Assembly: GCA_002306335.1 (NCBI GenBank)
Contig: DBRT01000015.1
Coordinates: forward strand, 9,713 to 54,063
Reading direction: 5' to 3'
DNA length: 44,351 nucleotides
Source: Bacillales bacterium UBA1361
Lineage (GTDB): Bacteria; Bacillota_I; Bacilli_A; RFN20; CAG-826
The position numbers were made by a program, and so were the translations under genes. Positions 18,055 through 30,545 of this stretch are shown here, piece after piece; positions within the stretch are counted from its first letter, which is position 1; the number at the start of each line of letters is the position of its first letter. The notes beneath the pieces were generated by a model. The model saw nothing but the letters and a program-made list of their open reading frames with translations. It was not told where the DNA came from and made no database searches.

Positions 18055-21000
18055 ATGAAAACAATTAACGATAAAACAAAAAGACTCCACAATGACCGAG
18101 TTGACTTTAGCAAGATCAGCGGAAACTTCGAAGTTCCTAATCTTGTAGAAATTCAAATCGACTCATTCGAGTGGTTCAAAAATGAAGGTATCCCGGAAGT
18201 ATTTAATGAAATCTTCCCTGTTGAATCTTATAGCAAAGACATTGAAATTGGCTTTGAAGGATTCCGCTTTGATACTCCAAAATATACGTATTTAGAATGT
18301 AAAGATCGTGGCTTTACTTATAGCGCACCATTACGCGTTACATTATCGCTTGGGATTAGAAAAACGGGTGAAGTCGTTAAAAGCGAAATCTTTATGGGTG
18401 ATATCCCTTTAATGACACATACCGGTACATTCGTTATTAACGGTGCTGAACGAGTAATCGTCTCGCAAATTGTTCGTTCACCAGGCGCCTATATGTCCAA
18501 AGAGTTAGACACTAAATCAGGTAAGTTTATTTATAACGCTGATTTAAATCCAACGCGCGGGACATGGTTAAACTTTGAAAATGACGCGAAAGGTTTATTA
18601 TCAGTCCGGATTGATAAACAACGGAAAATGAATGCAACGTTGCTTTTAAAGGCACTTGGCATTACCGATTATCACGAGACAATTGAACTCTTTGATGTGT
18701 TTGACGCGAAAAACCGCGCCAAAAATAATAAACGCAAATCGGAAGAAGAGATGACTTCGCTTGAATTAACTTTGCGTAAAGACGAAAGTTTTACAACTTC
18801 ACTTGAAGCACTTTACGAAATTTTCCGGCGCTTAAAACCAGGCGAACCAATGAGTGATGAAGGGGTTAAAAATCACCTTATTCAAAAATTCTTTGATCCA
18901 AAGCGTTATGACTTAGGCAAAGCGGGTCGCTTTAAATTTGCGAAAAAACTTGGTATCTACGAACGTTTAGAAGGCGTTGTCCTTGCTGAAGATTTAGTAA
19001 GTGTTGACGGCGAAATTCTTTTCGAAAAAGAACACCAAATGAAAAAAGAAGATGTCGATAAGCTCCGTGCCCTTAAATTCTTCGAAAAAGGTGCCCATAC
19101 TTATACGATTCCTTTTAACCCTGATTTAGATGATTATAATACTGTAAATATTGTTAAGGCTTATGTTAATGATGAAAAAACACAAGCAATTAATATTGTT
19201 GGCACTGATTTAAATATTGACGAAAAACGCGTCACGACTCCTGATATTGTCGCTGTTTTCTCCTATTTCTTAAATCTAATGCACGGTATTGGTCGCGTTG
19301 ACGATATTGACCACCTTAGCAATAGACGTGTTCGTCCAGTTGGCGAATTAATTCAAAATCAATTCCGTGTTGGACTTTCAAAAATGGTTAAAGCAATGAA
19401 AGATTCTTCATCAATTGCTGATACAGAAACTATTACTGTCCAAAAACTTGTCAATACTCGAGCAGTAGCGAGCGCGATTCGTGATTTCTTCGCGACAAGC
19501 CAACTCTCACAATTTATGGACCAAGTTAACCCACTTGCGGAACTTACAAACAAACGGCGTATTAGTGCCTTAGGTCCTGGCGGACTTACCCGTGACCGCG
19601 CAAGCTTTGATGTGCGTGACGTTCACTATTCGCACTATGGTCGTATTTGTCCAGTTGAAACGCCAGAAGGACAAAATATTGGGCTTATTAATAACCTAGC
19701 GTGTTATGCGAAAGTTAATGAATATGGCTTTATTGAAACACCATATCGTAAAGTCTTAAAACCATATGGTCAAATTACAAACGAAACAATTTATTTAGAC
19801 GCGGACGAAGAAAAAGAGTTCGTTATTGCCGAAGCAAACGTTGAAGTTGATGAAAATGGTGTGATTCAAACTCAAGAAATCATCGCCCGTTATCAAGGTG
19901 AAAACGTCTTAGTTAGTCCCGATAAAGTTGATTACATTGATGTCTCACCAAAACAAATCGTGAGTATCGCCGCTGCGTCAATTCCATTTTTAGAAAATGA
20001 CGACGCAATGCGGGCACTCATGGGTGCTAACATGCAACGACAAGCGCTACCATTAATGGTGCCAGAATCACCATATGTTGGTACGGGACTTGAAACAAAA
20101 ATTGCTCACGACTCGGGGTCAGCAATTACTGCACATAAAGATGCCGTTGTCACTTATGTAGACGGCGCTAACATTAGTGTGAAGTTTGATGACGACACAA
20201 CTTTCACTTATAAATTACAAAAATTCGCGCGGAGTAACCAAGGAACTTGCTTTAACCAAGTACCAATCGTTAAAGTTGGTGATAAGGTGAAAAAAGGTCA
20301 AGTTTTAGCCGATGGACCATCGATGGTTAACGGTGAACTCTCCCTTGGTCGTAATGTCACTATCGCCTTTATGACGTGGGATGGTTACAACTTTGAAGAC
20401 GCGGTTATTATGAGTGACAGACTCGTTAAAGAAGATGTGTATACGAGTATCCATATTGAAGAATATAAAATTGAAGCCCGGAAAATTAAAACTGTTTCTG
20501 AACGGATTACGCGCGACATTCCAAATGTGAGTGAAGCCGCAAAAGCGTTCTTAGATGAAAACGGTATTATTATTCCTGGTGCGGAAGTTAAAGAAGGCGA
20601 TATCTTAGTTGGTCGCGTGACACCAAAAGGTCAACGTGAACAAAGTCCAGAAGATCGCTTACTACAAACAATCTTTAATGAAAAAGTGCGTGAAGTTAAA
20701 GACACTTCCTTACGTGTCCCGCATGGTGGTGGCGGAACGGTGATTGACGTTAAAGTCTTTACCCGTGAAGCAGGCGACGAACTAGGACCAAACGTCGAAA
20801 TTAGTGTCAGTGTCTTTATCGGCCAAAAACGTAAAATTAGTGAAGGGGACAAAATGAGCGGACGCCATGGTAATAAAGGTGTTATTTCGCGGATTCTCCC
20901 AGAAGCTGATATGCCGTTTATGGAAGATGGCACACCAATTGATATTATGCTTAACCCCCTTGGTGTACCAAGCCGGATGAATATCGGTCAAGTACTTGAA

Positions 21001-21678
21001 ATTCACTTAGGTATGGCTTGTAAGAAACTCGGTGTTAAAGTTGCTTCTCCAGTATTTGACGGGATGACTAATGAAGAAATCTTTGAATTAATGGAAGAAG
21101 CAAAGATGCATAAAGACGGTAAAGAAATACTATATGACGGCCGCACCGGTGACCGTTTTGATGAACGGATTAGTGTTGGTGTCATGTACTTAATTAAACT
21201 TGTCCACATGGTTGATGATAAGTTGCACGCGCGTGCGACTGGACCTTATAGTCTTGTCACACAACAACCACTTGGTGGTAAAGCGCAAAACGGTGGACAA
21301 AGATTTGGGGAAATGGAAGTGTGGGCACTTGAAGCTTATGGTGCCGCTAACATTCTCCAAGAAATTCTCACAATCAAGAGCGATGACCGTGTTGGTCGTA
21401 AACGCACTTACGAAGCAATCGTGAAGGGCTACGACTTACCAACACCAGGAATCCCTGAAGCATTTAAAGTGTTAGTGCGTGAACTACAAGGACTCGCGAT
21501 TAACGTTGAATTACGGATGAAAGACGGCGAAATCCTTGACTTAGATAAACTCGCTAAAGAGCAAGATGCAGATATCCGTCGCTCCCGCAGAAGTACTGCT
21601 GTTAGAGAAGAACAAGAAGTGTTCGACCCAGAAGAAACAGCAGTGGTCTACAAAAATGAAGAAAGAGGGGATGAATAA
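18055..21678 (+). CDS. rpoB: RNA polymerase beta subunit
   Basis: [45 protein letters not shown]. Confidence 0.99.
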   Translation: MKTINDKTKRLHNDRVDFSKISGNFEVPNLVEIQIDSFEWFKNEGIPEVFNEIFPVESYSKDIEIGFEGFRFDTPKYTYLECKDRGFTYSAPLRVTLSLGIRKTGEVVKSEIFMGDIPLMTHTGTFVINGAERVIVSQIVRSPGAYMSKELDTKSGKFIYNADLNPTRGTWLNFENDAKGLLSVRIDKQRKMNATLLLKALGITDYHETIELFDVFDAKNRAKNNKRKSEEEMTSLELTLRKDESFTTSLEALYEIFRRLKPGEPMSDEGVKNHLIQKFFDPKRYDLGKAGRFKFAKKLGIYERLEGVVLAEDLVSVDGEILFEKEHQMKKEDVDKLRALKFFEKGAHTYTIPFNPDLDDYNTVNIVKAYVNDEKTQAINIVGTDLNIDEKRVTTPDIVAVFSYFLNLMHGIGRVDDIDHLSNRRVRPVGELIQNQFRVGLSKMVKAMKDSSSIADTETITVQKLVNTRAVASAIRDFFATSQLSQFMDQVNPLAELTNKRRISALGPGGLTRDRASFDVRDVHYSHYGRICPVETPEGQNIGLINNLACYAKVNEYGFIETPYRKVLKPYGQITNETIYLDADEEKEFVIAEANVEVDENGVIQTQEIIARYQGENVLVSPDKVDYIDVSPKQIVSIAAASIPFLENDDAMRALMGANMQRQALPLMVPESPYVGTGLETKIAHDSGSAITAHKDAVVTYVDGANISVKFDDDTTFTYKLQKFARSNQGTCFNQVPIVKVGDKVKKGQVLADGPSMVNGELSLGRNVTIAFMTWDGYNFEDAVIMSDRLVKEDVYTSIHIEEYKIEARKIKTVSERITRDIPNVSEAAKAFLDENGIIIPGAEVKEGDILVGRVTPKGQREQSPEDRLLQTIFNEKVREVKDTSLRVPHGGGGTVIDVKVFTREAGDELGPNVEISVSVFIGQKRKISEGDKMSGRHGNKGVISRILPEADMPFMEDGTPIDIMLNPLGVPSRMNIGQVLEIHLGMACKKLGVKVASPVFDGMTNEEIFELMEEAKMHKDGKEILYDGRTGDRFDERISVGVMYLIKLVHMVDDKLHARATGPYSLVTQQPLGGKAQNGGQRFGEMEVWALEAYGAANILQEILTIKSDDRVGRKRTYEAIVKGYDLPTPGIPEAFKVLVRELQGLAINVELRMKDGEILDLDKLAKEQDADIRRSRRSTAVREEQEVFDPEETAVVYKNEERGDE

Positions 21679-21680
21679 TT

Positions 21681-24600
21681 ATGGCAAGAAAACAACCATT
21701 TAATATTAATGATTTAGCAAGTGTCCAAATTGGACTTGCTTCCCCAGACATGATTCGGGAATGGTCAAATGGTGAAATTTTAAAACCAGAAACGGTTAAC
21801 TACCGGAGCCAAAAACCCGAACTTGATGGTCTTTTCTGTGAACGAATCTTCGGACCTAGTAAGGATTATGAATGTCATTGTGGTAAATATCGACGGATTC
21901 GCCACCGCGGCACAGTTTGTGAAAAGTGTGGTGTTGAAGTTATTTCTAAATATGTGCGTCGTGAACGGATGGGGCATATTGAACTTGCTAGTCCGTGTAC
22001 ACATATTTGGTACTTAAAAGGGACACCGGCAAGAATTGCAACCCTTTTAGATATCCCTGCTAAACAACTAGAAGAAATCGTCTACTTTATTAGCCATATC
22101 GTAACTGATCCAGGCACAAGTAGTGTCCTTTCTTACAAACAATTTATTGATGAAACAACAGGGCGTCAAGTGTTCGCTGAAGCGATTAAAGAAATTCAAG
22201 AAAATATTGAAGAAGGTAGCTTTGAACACGCAAAAGGTAGTGAACTTTTAGAACGACTTGAAGTGACACAAACTTTCGACTTCTTTGCGACTTCGCGTTA
22301 TATTAGTAAACATACTGGCGCTAAGTTTGGTGAAGGTGCGGAAGTCATTAAGCAACTCTTAAAAGAAGTTGACTTACAAAAAGAATTTGATGAAGTTAAC
22401 GCTGCACTTAAAACCGAAAGTAAAACAAAAGAAAAGAAATTATTACGACGCTTAGAAGTAATTAATGCTTTCCTTAAATCAGGTAACCGCCCAGAATGGA
22501 TGGTGCTTGATGTTATTCCCGTAATTCCACCAGATTTACGGCCAATGTTACAACTTGATGGCGGCAGATACGCGACTAGTGACATTAACGACTTATATCG
22601 CCGTGTCATTAGCCGGAATAACCGCTATAAAGCCTTAGTGCAAATGAATGCGCCAAAAGTTATTCTCATGAACGGGCAACGGATGCTCCAAGAAGCAGTT
22701 GATAGTCTCATTGATAACGGCCGTCGCGGCAAACCATACACTGGCGCGAATAAACGTCCACTTAAATCATTAAGCTCAAGCTTAAAAGGTAAACAAGGGC
22801 GTTTCCGTCAAAACTTACTCGGTAAACGCGTTGACTATAGTGGGCGTAGTGTTATTGCTGTCGGTCCCGAACTTAAGATGTATGAATGTGGTATCCCGCG
22901 CGAAATGGCGATTCAATTATTCCGCCCATTTATTGCTGCAGAACTCATTAAAAGAGATTCACGCGCCACAAATCATACACAAGCCGATAAGATTATTGAT
23001 CGTCATGATGAAATTGTCTTCGATATTATTGAAGAAATTATCGCTGATCACCCAGTATTACTTAACCGTGCACCGACGCTGCACCGTTTAGGGATTCAAG
23101 CGTTCCAACCTGTGCTTGTCAGTGGTCGTGCGATTCGTTTACACCCACTTGTGTGTGCGGGCTTTAACGCAGACTTTGACGGTGACCAAATGGCCGTCCA
23201 CGTCCCGCTTAGTGAAGCTGCGCAAGAAGAAGCGCTAAACTTAATGCTTGCGAGCAAAAATATTTTAGGACCAAAAGATGGTAAACCAATTGCCACCCCG
23301 TCGCAAGACATGGTGATTGGTAACTACTTCTTAACCGTTGAAGAGTCACGCGAAGACTTTGTGCGTCGCGCCGAAGAAGCACGAGCGTTAGGCGACGAAT
23401 TTGGTGCGCAAAAGTTTATGCAATATGCTGAAAGCGAAGGGAAAGTATTTGGTTCGATTGATGAATTAATGGTTGCTTATCAAACAAATAGTGTCCACTT
23501 ACATAACCGTATCGCGCTTCCTGGCCGAGCATTTAACAAAACATTATTTACACCAGAAATGAATAAGTCTTATCTTGTGACAAGTGTTGGTAAAGTCATT
23601 TTTAATACAATTTTCCCCAATGACTTCCCATACTTAAACGAACCAAATAAAGGCTCATTACAAATGGATAAAATTGAATACTTTGTGCCCGCTGGTACAA
23701 ATATTCGCGAACACATTGCAAGTTTACCGCTGCGTAAACCTATTAACCAAGAATTCTTAGGTTTAATTATTAATGAAGTGTTTACGCGTTATGGCACGGT
23801 GAAAACTAGTGCAATTCTTGACAAAATTAAAGACCAAGGTTTCCATTATTCAACAAAAGCCGGTCTTACTGTTTCACTCCACGATATTACCCCAATTGAA
23901 GGTAAAGAAGAACTCGTTGAAGCTGGTGAAGTTGAAGTGCGGAAAATTAATAAAGCCGCAGCGCGTGGATTCTATAGTGAAAAAGAACGCTATAATGCCG
24001 TCATTAATGTCTGGAAAGGTGTTAAAGATGACGTTGAAGCTAAACTTAAAGAACAGTTCCCACTTGATAAACGTAATCCGCTCTACATCATGTTTGATAG
24101 CGGAGCAAGAGGTAAAACAACAAACTTCTTACAACTTAAAGGGTTACGGGGCTTAATGGCTTCGCCGCGTGGTGGCGAAATTGAAATTCCGATTAAATCA
24201 AACTTCCGTGAAGGCATTAGCGTGAGCGAATTCTTCATTGCTTCGCACGGTTCACGGAAAGGTGGTGCGGATACCGCGATTAAAACTGCTGACTCAGGGT
24301 ACTTAACCCGGCGGTTAGTCGACGTTGCCCAAAATGTTATCGTCACCGAAGAAGACTGTGGTAGTGATCACGGCTTTGTCGTTACCGAAATTCGTATTCG
24401 TGAAAATGACACCCCAGCAGTGCCACTTAGTGACCGTATTGCGGGTCGCTATACAGTCCATGACATCATTCACCCGACAACTGGTGAAGTAATTATTGAA
24501 GCGAATACTCTTATTAATAAAGACGCTGCGCTTTATATTGAAAAAGCGGGTGTTAAAGAAGTTGAAATTCGTTCGCTCTTTGGATGTGAAGCGCCAAGCG

Positions 24601-25547
24601 GAATTTGTGCGCACTGTTACGGCACAAACTTAGCGACTGGTGAACGTGTTAAAGTTGGTGAAGCGGTCGGAATTATGGCGGCACAATCAATTGGTGAACC
24701 AGGAACACAATTAACAATGAGAACGTTCCACAGCGGTGGTGTTGCGCAAGTTGAAGACGTCACCCAAGGGTTACCACGGGTTCAAGAATTATTTGAAGCC
24801 CGTAATCCAAAAGGTAAAGCAATAATCACCGAAATTGCTGGTGAAGTTGTAAGTATCACGCAAGAAGAAGACCGTCGCTATACCGTTACTGTTAAAAACG
24901 ATTTAGAAGAAAAGAGTTATTTAACAGAGTATGGTCAACAATTACGTGTTAAAGAAGGCGACACACTTAAACAAGGGGACCGCATTACTGAAGGTGCTGT
25001 CCACCCGCGTGAACTTCTCGCTGTTAGCACAATTACCGCGGTGCAAAACTATTTACTTAACGAAGTACAAAAAGTTTACCGCATCAGTGCTTCTGTCCGC
25101 ATTAGTGATAAGCACTTAGAAATTATTATTAACCAAATGCTCAACCGCGTTTATATTATTGATGGTGGTGATACGAGTCTCTTACCAGGACAAAGAATTA
25201 CGACCCATCAATTTACCGCGGCGAATAAAGAAGCACTTATTAACGGACTCCATCCAGCTGTAGCGACACCATTAATTCTTGGTATTAAAGCTGCTGCGCT
25301 TGCAAGTGACTCCTTCTTAAGTGCCGCAAGTTTCCAAGAAACAACACGCATCTTAACTGACGCCACTGTTAAAGGTAAACTTGACCCACTCCACGGCTTA
25401 AAGGAAAACGTCATTACTGGACGCTTAATTCCTGCTGGTCGCGGTATCTTAACGAAAGAAGAGCAAGAGGCCTTGCTTGAAGACTTTAGTGTCGCTGACA
25501 CTTTAGACAAAATTAAAGCAAGTTACGACAATAGTAGTAACAGCTAA
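21681..25547 (+). CDS. rpoC: RNA polymerase beta' subunit
   Basis: Zinc finger [31 protein letters not shown]. Confidence 0.99.
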   Translation: MARKQPFNINDLASVQIGLASPDMIREWSNGEILKPETVNYRSQKPELDGLFCERIFGPSKDYECHCGKYRRIRHRGTVCEKCGVEVISKYVRRERMGHIELASPCTHIWYLKGTPARIATLLDIPAKQLEEIVYFISHIVTDPGTSSVLSYKQFIDETTGRQVFAEAIKEIQENIEEGSFEHAKGSELLERLEVTQTFDFFATSRYISKHTGAKFGEGAEVIKQLLKEVDLQKEFDEVNAALKTESKTKEKKLLRRLEVINAFLKSGNRPEWMVLDVIPVIPPDLRPMLQLDGGRYATSDINDLYRRVISRNNRYKALVQMNAPKVILMNGQRMLQEAVDSLIDNGRRGKPYTGANKRPLKSLSSSLKGKQGRFRQNLLGKRVDYSGRSVIAVGPELKMYECGIPREMAIQLFRPFIAAELIKRDSRATNHTQADKIIDRHDEIVFDIIEEIIADHPVLLNRAPTLHRLGIQAFQPVLVSGRAIRLHPLVCAGFNADFDGDQMAVHVPLSEAAQEEALNLMLASKNILGPKDGKPIATPSQDMVIGNYFLTVEESREDFVRRAEEARALGDEFGAQKFMQYAESEGKVFGSIDELMVAYQTNSVHLHNRIALPGRAFNKTLFTPEMNKSYLVTSVGKVIFNTIFPNDFPYLNEPNKGSLQMDKIEYFVPAGTNIREHIASLPLRKPINQEFLGLIINEVFTRYGTVKTSAILDKIKDQGFHYSTKAGLTVSLHDITPIEGKEELVEAGEVEVRKINKAAARGFYSEKERYNAVINVWKGVKDDVEAKLKEQFPLDKRNPLYIMFDSGARGKTTNFLQLKGLRGLMASPRGGEIEIPIKSNFREGISVSEFFIASHGSRKGGADTAIKTADSGYLTRRLVDVAQNVIVTEEDCGSDHGFVVTEIRIRENDTPAVPLSDRIAGRYTVHDIIHPTTGEVIIEANTLINKDAALYIEKAGVKEVEIRSLFGCEAPSGICAHCYGTNLATGERVKVGEAVGIMAAQSIGEPGTQLTMRTFHSGGVAQVEDVTQGLPRVQELFEARNPKGKAIITEIAGEVVSITQEEDRRYTVTVKNDLEEKSYLTEYGQQLRVKEGDTLKQGDRITEGAVHPRELLAVSTITAVQNYLLNEVQKVYRISASVRISDKHLEIIINQMLNRVYIIDGGDTSLLPGQRITTHQFTAANKEALINGLHPAVATPLILGIKAAALASDSFLSAASFQETTRILTDATVKGKLDPLHGLKENVITGRLIPAGRGILTKEEQEALLEDFSVADTLDKIKASYDNSSNS

Positions 25548-25554
25548 ATAAATT

Positions 25555-25588
25555 AAGGGAGCAATATAAAAACATATTGCTCTCTTTT
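25555..25588 (+). terminator. Intrinsic terminator after rpoC
   Basis: aagggagcaatat...atattgctctctttt. Confidence 0.8.
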
Positions 25589-25681
25589 AGTAACCGGTTT
25601 CATATAAATATATGAACCTTATCATTTAACTAGTAATTAGAGCATGATATAATGCCAAAGCCATTAAAAAGAAAGGATGGT

Positions 25682-27283
25682 ATGATTATGAAAAAAAGAT
25701 TACTATTATTACCACTATTAGCAATGCTTCTAGGTGGGTGTAACGGCGGAAGTAGTGCTACTCCAAGCATCAGCACCCCAGAAAGCATTCCTAGTAGTGA
25801 AGAACCAAGTGTTGAATCAAGTGCAGAAAGCGTCAGCGTTTCAATTGATACGACGAGCTATGAAATAGCGACAACGACAAATTATTCAAACCGTGAATTA
25901 GATCATTCAATTGATATGACTGCATTAGACTCACTTGGCACACAAAAGATGTTAGTCGTTCCTGTCGTGTTTAGTGACACCGCGCACCGCGCAACTGAAG
26001 AAGTCCATACGATGATTAATAAAGCTTTCTTTGGTGCAAGTGAAGAAACAGGCTGGGAATCAGTCGCCTCTTATTATCACAAAACGAGTTTTGGAAAATT
26101 AACTTTAACTGGTGAAGTACTCCCTTACTTCTATTCACAATGGTCAACCCATGCTTTTGGCGCATTAGAAGTTTCCCCGACGCAAGAATACGGTGAAGGT
26201 TATTACTGGGATCAAACGCACCACTTAATTGAAGAAATTTACAATACATTAGATGCCGAACTATTCTTAGAATATGACCAAGATGGCGACGGCCACGTTG
26301 ATGCTTTCTGGATGGTGTATATTGCCGAGATTAAAGCATTAGGCGGGGAAGACGATCCGTTCTGGGCTTATAAATTTTACTGGAACCGTTACGCTAATAC
26401 CGAAAAACCAACACCAAATACTTATGCGTGGGCAAGTTATAAGTTTGCTGACGAAGGTGTCGGTTATAACTTCAATATTCCTGATGCGCATACTTATATT
26501 CACGAAACAGGACATATGTTTGGCTTACCTGACTATTACGATTACGATTCAAAAACCGCACCAGCGGGCGCGCTTGATATGATGGATCATAACGTTGCCG
26601 ATCACAATATGTATTCTAAATATCGCCTCAACTGGTCAAAACCATTTGTCGTTACTGGTAATGCGGATATTCATCTCCGTCCAGCGGAATCAACCGGTGA
26701 CTTTATCCTTATTAAAGACGGATGGAACGGACATGTGTATGATGAATATATTTTAATTGAATACTATACCCCAACCGGACTTAATGAAAAAGATAGTCAA
26801 GGGAGGGGGTATGAAACAAAATCAAGTAACGTATCGACAAAAAGCTTTGATATTAATGGGGTGAGAATGTGGCACGTTGATTCACGGCTCATGACTTATG
26901 TCTTCGATCCTGAATCATTAGAATTAACAAATGCATTTTGGACTGATGAAATTGTTGTTGGTGATCCATTTAGTTACACTATTATTGGTCCAAGTAATAC
27001 AACTTCACGTAGCAGCACACCAGAAGGCGATAGCAATGTTAATAAGTTATTACACTTAATGGACGCTACCGGTACAACTTCACGTGTTGGTAACTGGTTA
27101 CGGACACCAACCACTGCGGGCTCAACAGCGTTATTCCAAACTGGTGATGTCGTCGCTGCTGATGGGTGGAAGAAATATATCCAAACAAGCGCAACATTTA
27201 ACGACGGCACAGCAGTGGGTTACAGTGTCGAGATTGGTGAAATGGATGATAACGGTGTCCAAATCATCATTCGTAAAGCTTAA
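25682..27283 (+). CDS. M6-family (immune inhibitor A-like) zinc metalloprotease lipoprotein, paralog 1
   Basis: Lipobox LGGC, Ser-rich linker, SVASYY..SFGKL, DQDGDGHVD, HETGHMFGLPDYYD, DMMDHN, EYILIEYY. Start at 25682 or 25688 after SD AAGGA. Confidence 0.85.
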   Translation: MIMKKRLLLLPLLAMLLGGCNGGSSATPSISTPESIPSSEEPSVESSAESVSVSIDTTSYEIATTTNYSNRELDHSIDMTALDSLGTQKMLVVPVVFSDTAHRATEEVHTMINKAFFGASEETGWESVASYYHKTSFGKLTLTGEVLPYFYSQWSTHAFGALEVSPTQEYGEGYYWDQTHHLIEEIYNTLDAELFLEYDQDGDGHVDAFWMVYIAEIKALGGEDDPFWAYKFYWNRYANTEKPTPNTYAWASYKFADEGVGYNFNIPDAHTYIHETGHMFGLPDYYDYDSKTAPAGALDMMDHNVADHNMYSKYRLNWSKPFVVTGNADIHLRPAESTGDFILIKDGWNGHVYDEYILIEYYTPTGLNEKDSQGRGYETKSSNVSTKSFDINGVRMWHVDSRLMTYVFDPESLELTNAFWTDEIVVGDPFSYTIIGPSNTTSRSSTPEGDSNVNKLLHLMDATGTTSRVGNWLRTPTTAGSTALFQTGDVVAADGWKKYIQTSATFNDGTAVGYSVEIGEMDDNGVQIIIRKA

Positions 27284-27346
27284 GCTACTGCTTAACAAAT
27301 AAGCGAGTTCATTGAAAAACGCATACATTTCTCTTAAAATATAAGG

Positions 27347-28867
27347 ATGAAATGTAAAGTTAAAAGAAACACAAAGAAGGTCACCTTACTCCTAAGTCTC
27401 TTGCTACTTAGTAGTTGTAATTTGGAGGTGACCTTTTTTCCTTACACACACCATATAAGTGACACTGATACTTATACAAGGATCGAAACAAGTGATTATT
27501 ATAAAGTTGGTGCTTTTGCGCGCAGTTATCAAGATGTATTAAAAAGTAATTTAAATGGTAATTCACGTGTTGTACCACTTAAGAGCAGTGGTGAACAAAA
27601 GATCCTTGTTTTGCCGGTGAATTTCCCTGATTATGACTTAAATGAATTAGATGGTAATAATGGGAAAACCGCGCATATTCATATTCAAAATGCTTTCTTT
27701 GGTGAAAATCACACAACGCGCTTTTATTCAGTTGCGGGGTATTACGAAGCTTCTAGTTACGGCAAACTTAAACTTAGTGGTGATGTGGCGCCGTGGTACA
27801 CTTTACCCGCTGAATATAGCGTGAGCGCGATTAAAAGCAGAGTACGGAGCAACAGCGATAAACTTAATGAAACGGCAGAAATACTTAATTTAGCGCTCAA
27901 AGAATACGCTAAAAGTAATGACTTAAGTGCGTTTGATTTAGATGAAAATGGTGTGCTTGACAGTGCTTATGTAATATATAGTTATCCGTTTGAACCAAAA
28001 GATGTGAATAATATCTTCTGGGCTTTTGCCGCGAACATGAATAAAAAAGATCCAGAACTTACCCATCAAGCGAATGCTTATAGTTGGAGTAGTTATTATT
28101 ATTTAGATGTAGCGCGCAATAAAAAACCTGATCCCCATACTTATATTCATGAAGTAGGCCATCTTTTTGGTTTACCTGATTATTATAATACGAATTATGA
28201 CGATCCTTATTCCCCGCTTGGCGGCTTTGATATGATGGATTATACGCTTGGTGATCATACCGGGTTATCAAAGATGTTACTTGATTGGGCGCGGCCTTAC
28301 GCCTTAAAAAGAAGTACTACAATTAAACTTCGACCCTTTAGTGAAACAGGTGACTTACTCGTTCTTAAAAATAACTGGAACGAGAAAGCAAATGATGAAT
28401 ATATTTTGCTCGAATATTACACACCAACAGTGTTAAATGAGCTTGATTCAACGCTTAATGCTTCCTTTAAACTGCCAAAGACAAACGGAGTGAAGGTGTA
28501 TCACGTTGACGCGAGAACGGTGTACGAAATTAAAAACGGGAGTATTGTTAAGTATCCTTACGTTAATGATTATGAAGGAGAATTTAACGGTACTGAACTT
28601 TTAGCGCATAGCAATAGTACTGGAAGTTATAATAATGCACCAATTAAGACGAATAAACTTTATAAATTACTTGAGCCAAAAGAAAGCACGAACATCAGCG
28701 AGTCGTTTAATCAAGCAAATCAGCACTCTTTGTTTCAAAAAGGTGATGAGTTTGGCTATGAATATTTTAAAAATTTCGCATTTAATGATAAGACACCGCT
28801 TAATTTTCGCTTTAAAATAGTACAATTAACTAACGCTTATGCGACAATAGAAATAGAGATATATTAA
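27347..28867 (+). CDS. M6-family zinc metalloprotease lipoprotein, paralog 2
   Basis: Lipobox LSSC, HEVGHLFGLPDYYN, DMMD, EYILLEYYTP. Confidence 0.85.
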   Translation: MKCKVKRNTKKVTLLLSLLLLSSCNLEVTFFPYTHHISDTDTYTRIETSDYYKVGAFARSYQDVLKSNLNGNSRVVPLKSSGEQKILVLPVNFPDYDLNELDGNNGKTAHIHIQNAFFGENHTTRFYSVAGYYEASSYGKLKLSGDVAPWYTLPAEYSVSAIKSRVRSNSDKLNETAEILNLALKEYAKSNDLSAFDLDENGVLDSAYVIYSYPFEPKDVNNIFWAFAANMNKKDPELTHQANAYSWSSYYYLDVARNKKPDPHTYIHEVGHLFGLPDYYNTNYDDPYSPLGGFDMMDYTLGDHTGLSKMLLDWARPYALKRSTTIKLRPFSETGDLLVLKNNWNEKANDEYILLEYYTPTVLNELDSTLNASFKLPKTNGVKVYHVDARTVYEIKNGSIVKYPYVNDYEGEFNGTELLAHSNSTGSYNNAPIKTNKLYKLLEPKESTNISESFNQANQHSLFQKGDEFGYEYFKNFAFNDKTPLNFRFKIVQLTNAYATIEIEIY

Positions 28868-28868
28868 G

Positions 28869-30491
28869 ATGAGAAAAAGTACATTTATCCGTCGAGCATT
28901 AATTTTAGTAGTCCCAGCTCTACTCTTAACAAGCTGCGTGACTTTTGGTGATATATTAAAGTCGTCCGAGTTTGGTGCGACTAGTTCAAGTGCGAATGAA
29001 GTAACTTCCGAAGTAACTGGCAGCGAAAATCCCTATCCTTTAAACGGGACATACGGCGTTAATGATTATGAACACCCAATTACGGCGAATCCAGATACTT
29101 TAGATAATTATTATAAAGTAGAACCGCTTAACAATAATTCGCGACTAATTAATAACTACGCTATTTCTAATACGATGGGTTTAGCGCACCTTGATTCAGT
29201 TTCTAACCAAAAAATGATGGTTGTACCTGTTAAATTTACTGATACACCCGCAAGTTACGGGGGAGAGGCGACTATTCAGGGAGCGATTAATCGCGCTTTC
29301 TTTGGTGAAAGCAGTGATACAGGTTGGGAATCAGTAGCCTCTTATTACTATAAATCAAGTTATGGTAGACTCAGTCTTACCGGTGAAGTAATGCCCCTTT
29401 TTGATATGGGTTATTCCACTACTGAATTGTTAGCGAAAACTGTTGACGGTTATCAGTACTGGGATAAGAGTCACTATGTGCTTGAACAGGTGTACAACAC
29501 TTATCTTTCATCAACATTAAAAGAATACGACCAAAATAATGATGGCTTTGTTGATTCCGTTTTCTTTGTGTACTTAGCACCTGTTGATTATGAAAGTGAT
29601 GATACACTTTTTTGGGCCTTCCAATATTTTTGGAATAGATTTGCCGATAAAAATAAACCAGTATTTAATGCTTACGGCTGGGCGAGTTATGAATTTATGG
29701 TTGAAGCGCCAGGTTATACATATCTTAAACCAGCAGCGCATACTTATATTCATGAAAGTGGTCATATTTTAAGTTTTGATGATTATTATGATTATGACGG
29801 CACTATAGCGCCAGCGGGAGCGATTGATATGATGGATCATAATATTATTGATCACAATATGTTTTCTAAATTTAGCGCAAACTGGAGCACACCGTATGTC
29901 CCGGTTGGTAATAGTGATATAAGGCTTAGACCCGCTGAATCAAGTGGTGACTTTATCATTATTAATGACGCTTGGAATGGACATGCTTATGACGAATACA
30001 TTTTGATTGAGTACTACACACCAACCGGTTTAAATGCGCGTGATAGCTTATCAGTTTCAGGCTATAACGGTGTCAAAGGTTACACGATTCCTGGGGTACG
30101 GATATGGCATGTTGATGCACGGTTAGTGATTTTGTCAAATAACGGTAATACTAAAAAGTGGAGTGATACAATTCCGCCGCACTTAGATGGTAGCGGTGGT
30201 TCATGGATGGATTTTGCGACTTCCAATACACCAAGTTATAATTATGCGCATAACAGTTTACATAAATTGCATTTGCTTGATGGTCGCGGACGCGCGCAAA
30301 CATGGGCAAATAATTTAGTAAAAGCGGACGACTCAGCGCTATTTCAAACAGGGACAGTTATTGCTAGTAATAATTGGCAAAAGTACTTGTTAAAAAGAGC
30401 AACCTTTAATGACGGTAGCGTAATTGGTTATAGTATTGAAATTGGTGAAATGAATAGCGAAGGCGTTACCATTAAAATTCGTAAAGCTTAA
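28869..30491 (+). CDS. M6-family zinc metalloprotease lipoprotein, paralog 3
   Basis: Lipobox LTSC, HESGHILSFDDYYD, DMMDHN, EYILIEYYTP. Confidence 0.83.
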   Translation: MRKSTFIRRALILVVPALLLTSCVTFGDILKSSEFGATSSSANEVTSEVTGSENPYPLNGTYGVNDYEHPITANPDTLDNYYKVEPLNNNSRLINNYAISNTMGLAHLDSVSNQKMMVVPVKFTDTPASYGGEATIQGAINRAFFGESSDTGWESVASYYYKSSYGRLSLTGEVMPLFDMGYSTTELLAKTVDGYQYWDKSHYVLEQVYNTYLSSTLKEYDQNNDGFVDSVFFVYLAPVDYESDDTLFWAFQYFWNRFADKNKPVFNAYGWASYEFMVEAPGYTYLKPAAHTYIHESGHILSFDDYYDYDGTIAPAGAIDMMDHNIIDHNMFSKFSANWSTPYVPVGNSDIRLRPAESSGDFIIINDAWNGHAYDEYILIEYYTPTGLNARDSLSVSGYNGVKGYTIPGVRIWHVDARLVILSNNGNTKKWSDTIPPHLDGSGGSWMDFATSNTPSYNYAHNSLHKLHLLDGRGRAQTWANNLVKADDSALFQTGTVIASNNWQKYLLKRATFNDGSVIGYSIEIGEMNSEGVTIKIRKA

Positions 30492-30545
30492 GTTGTCGTT
30501 TTGTATTGTAATTTTTATTAATCAAATAATGATAAAATAAAACAT

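Noticed and set aside
18055-25547. Genetic code 4 (TGA=Trp)
   Set aside because: rpoB, rpoC and other long genes translate without interruption under code 11, so their Trp codons are all TGG.
25652-25681. Longer start for protease paralog 1
   Set aside because: That ATG overlaps the TGATATAAT -10 box, and the SD lies downstream at 25673-25677.
26998-27086. 13-bp direct repeat tacaacttcacgt within protease 1
   Set aside because: Two copies encoding TTSR; too short to separate from chance or a local micro-duplication.
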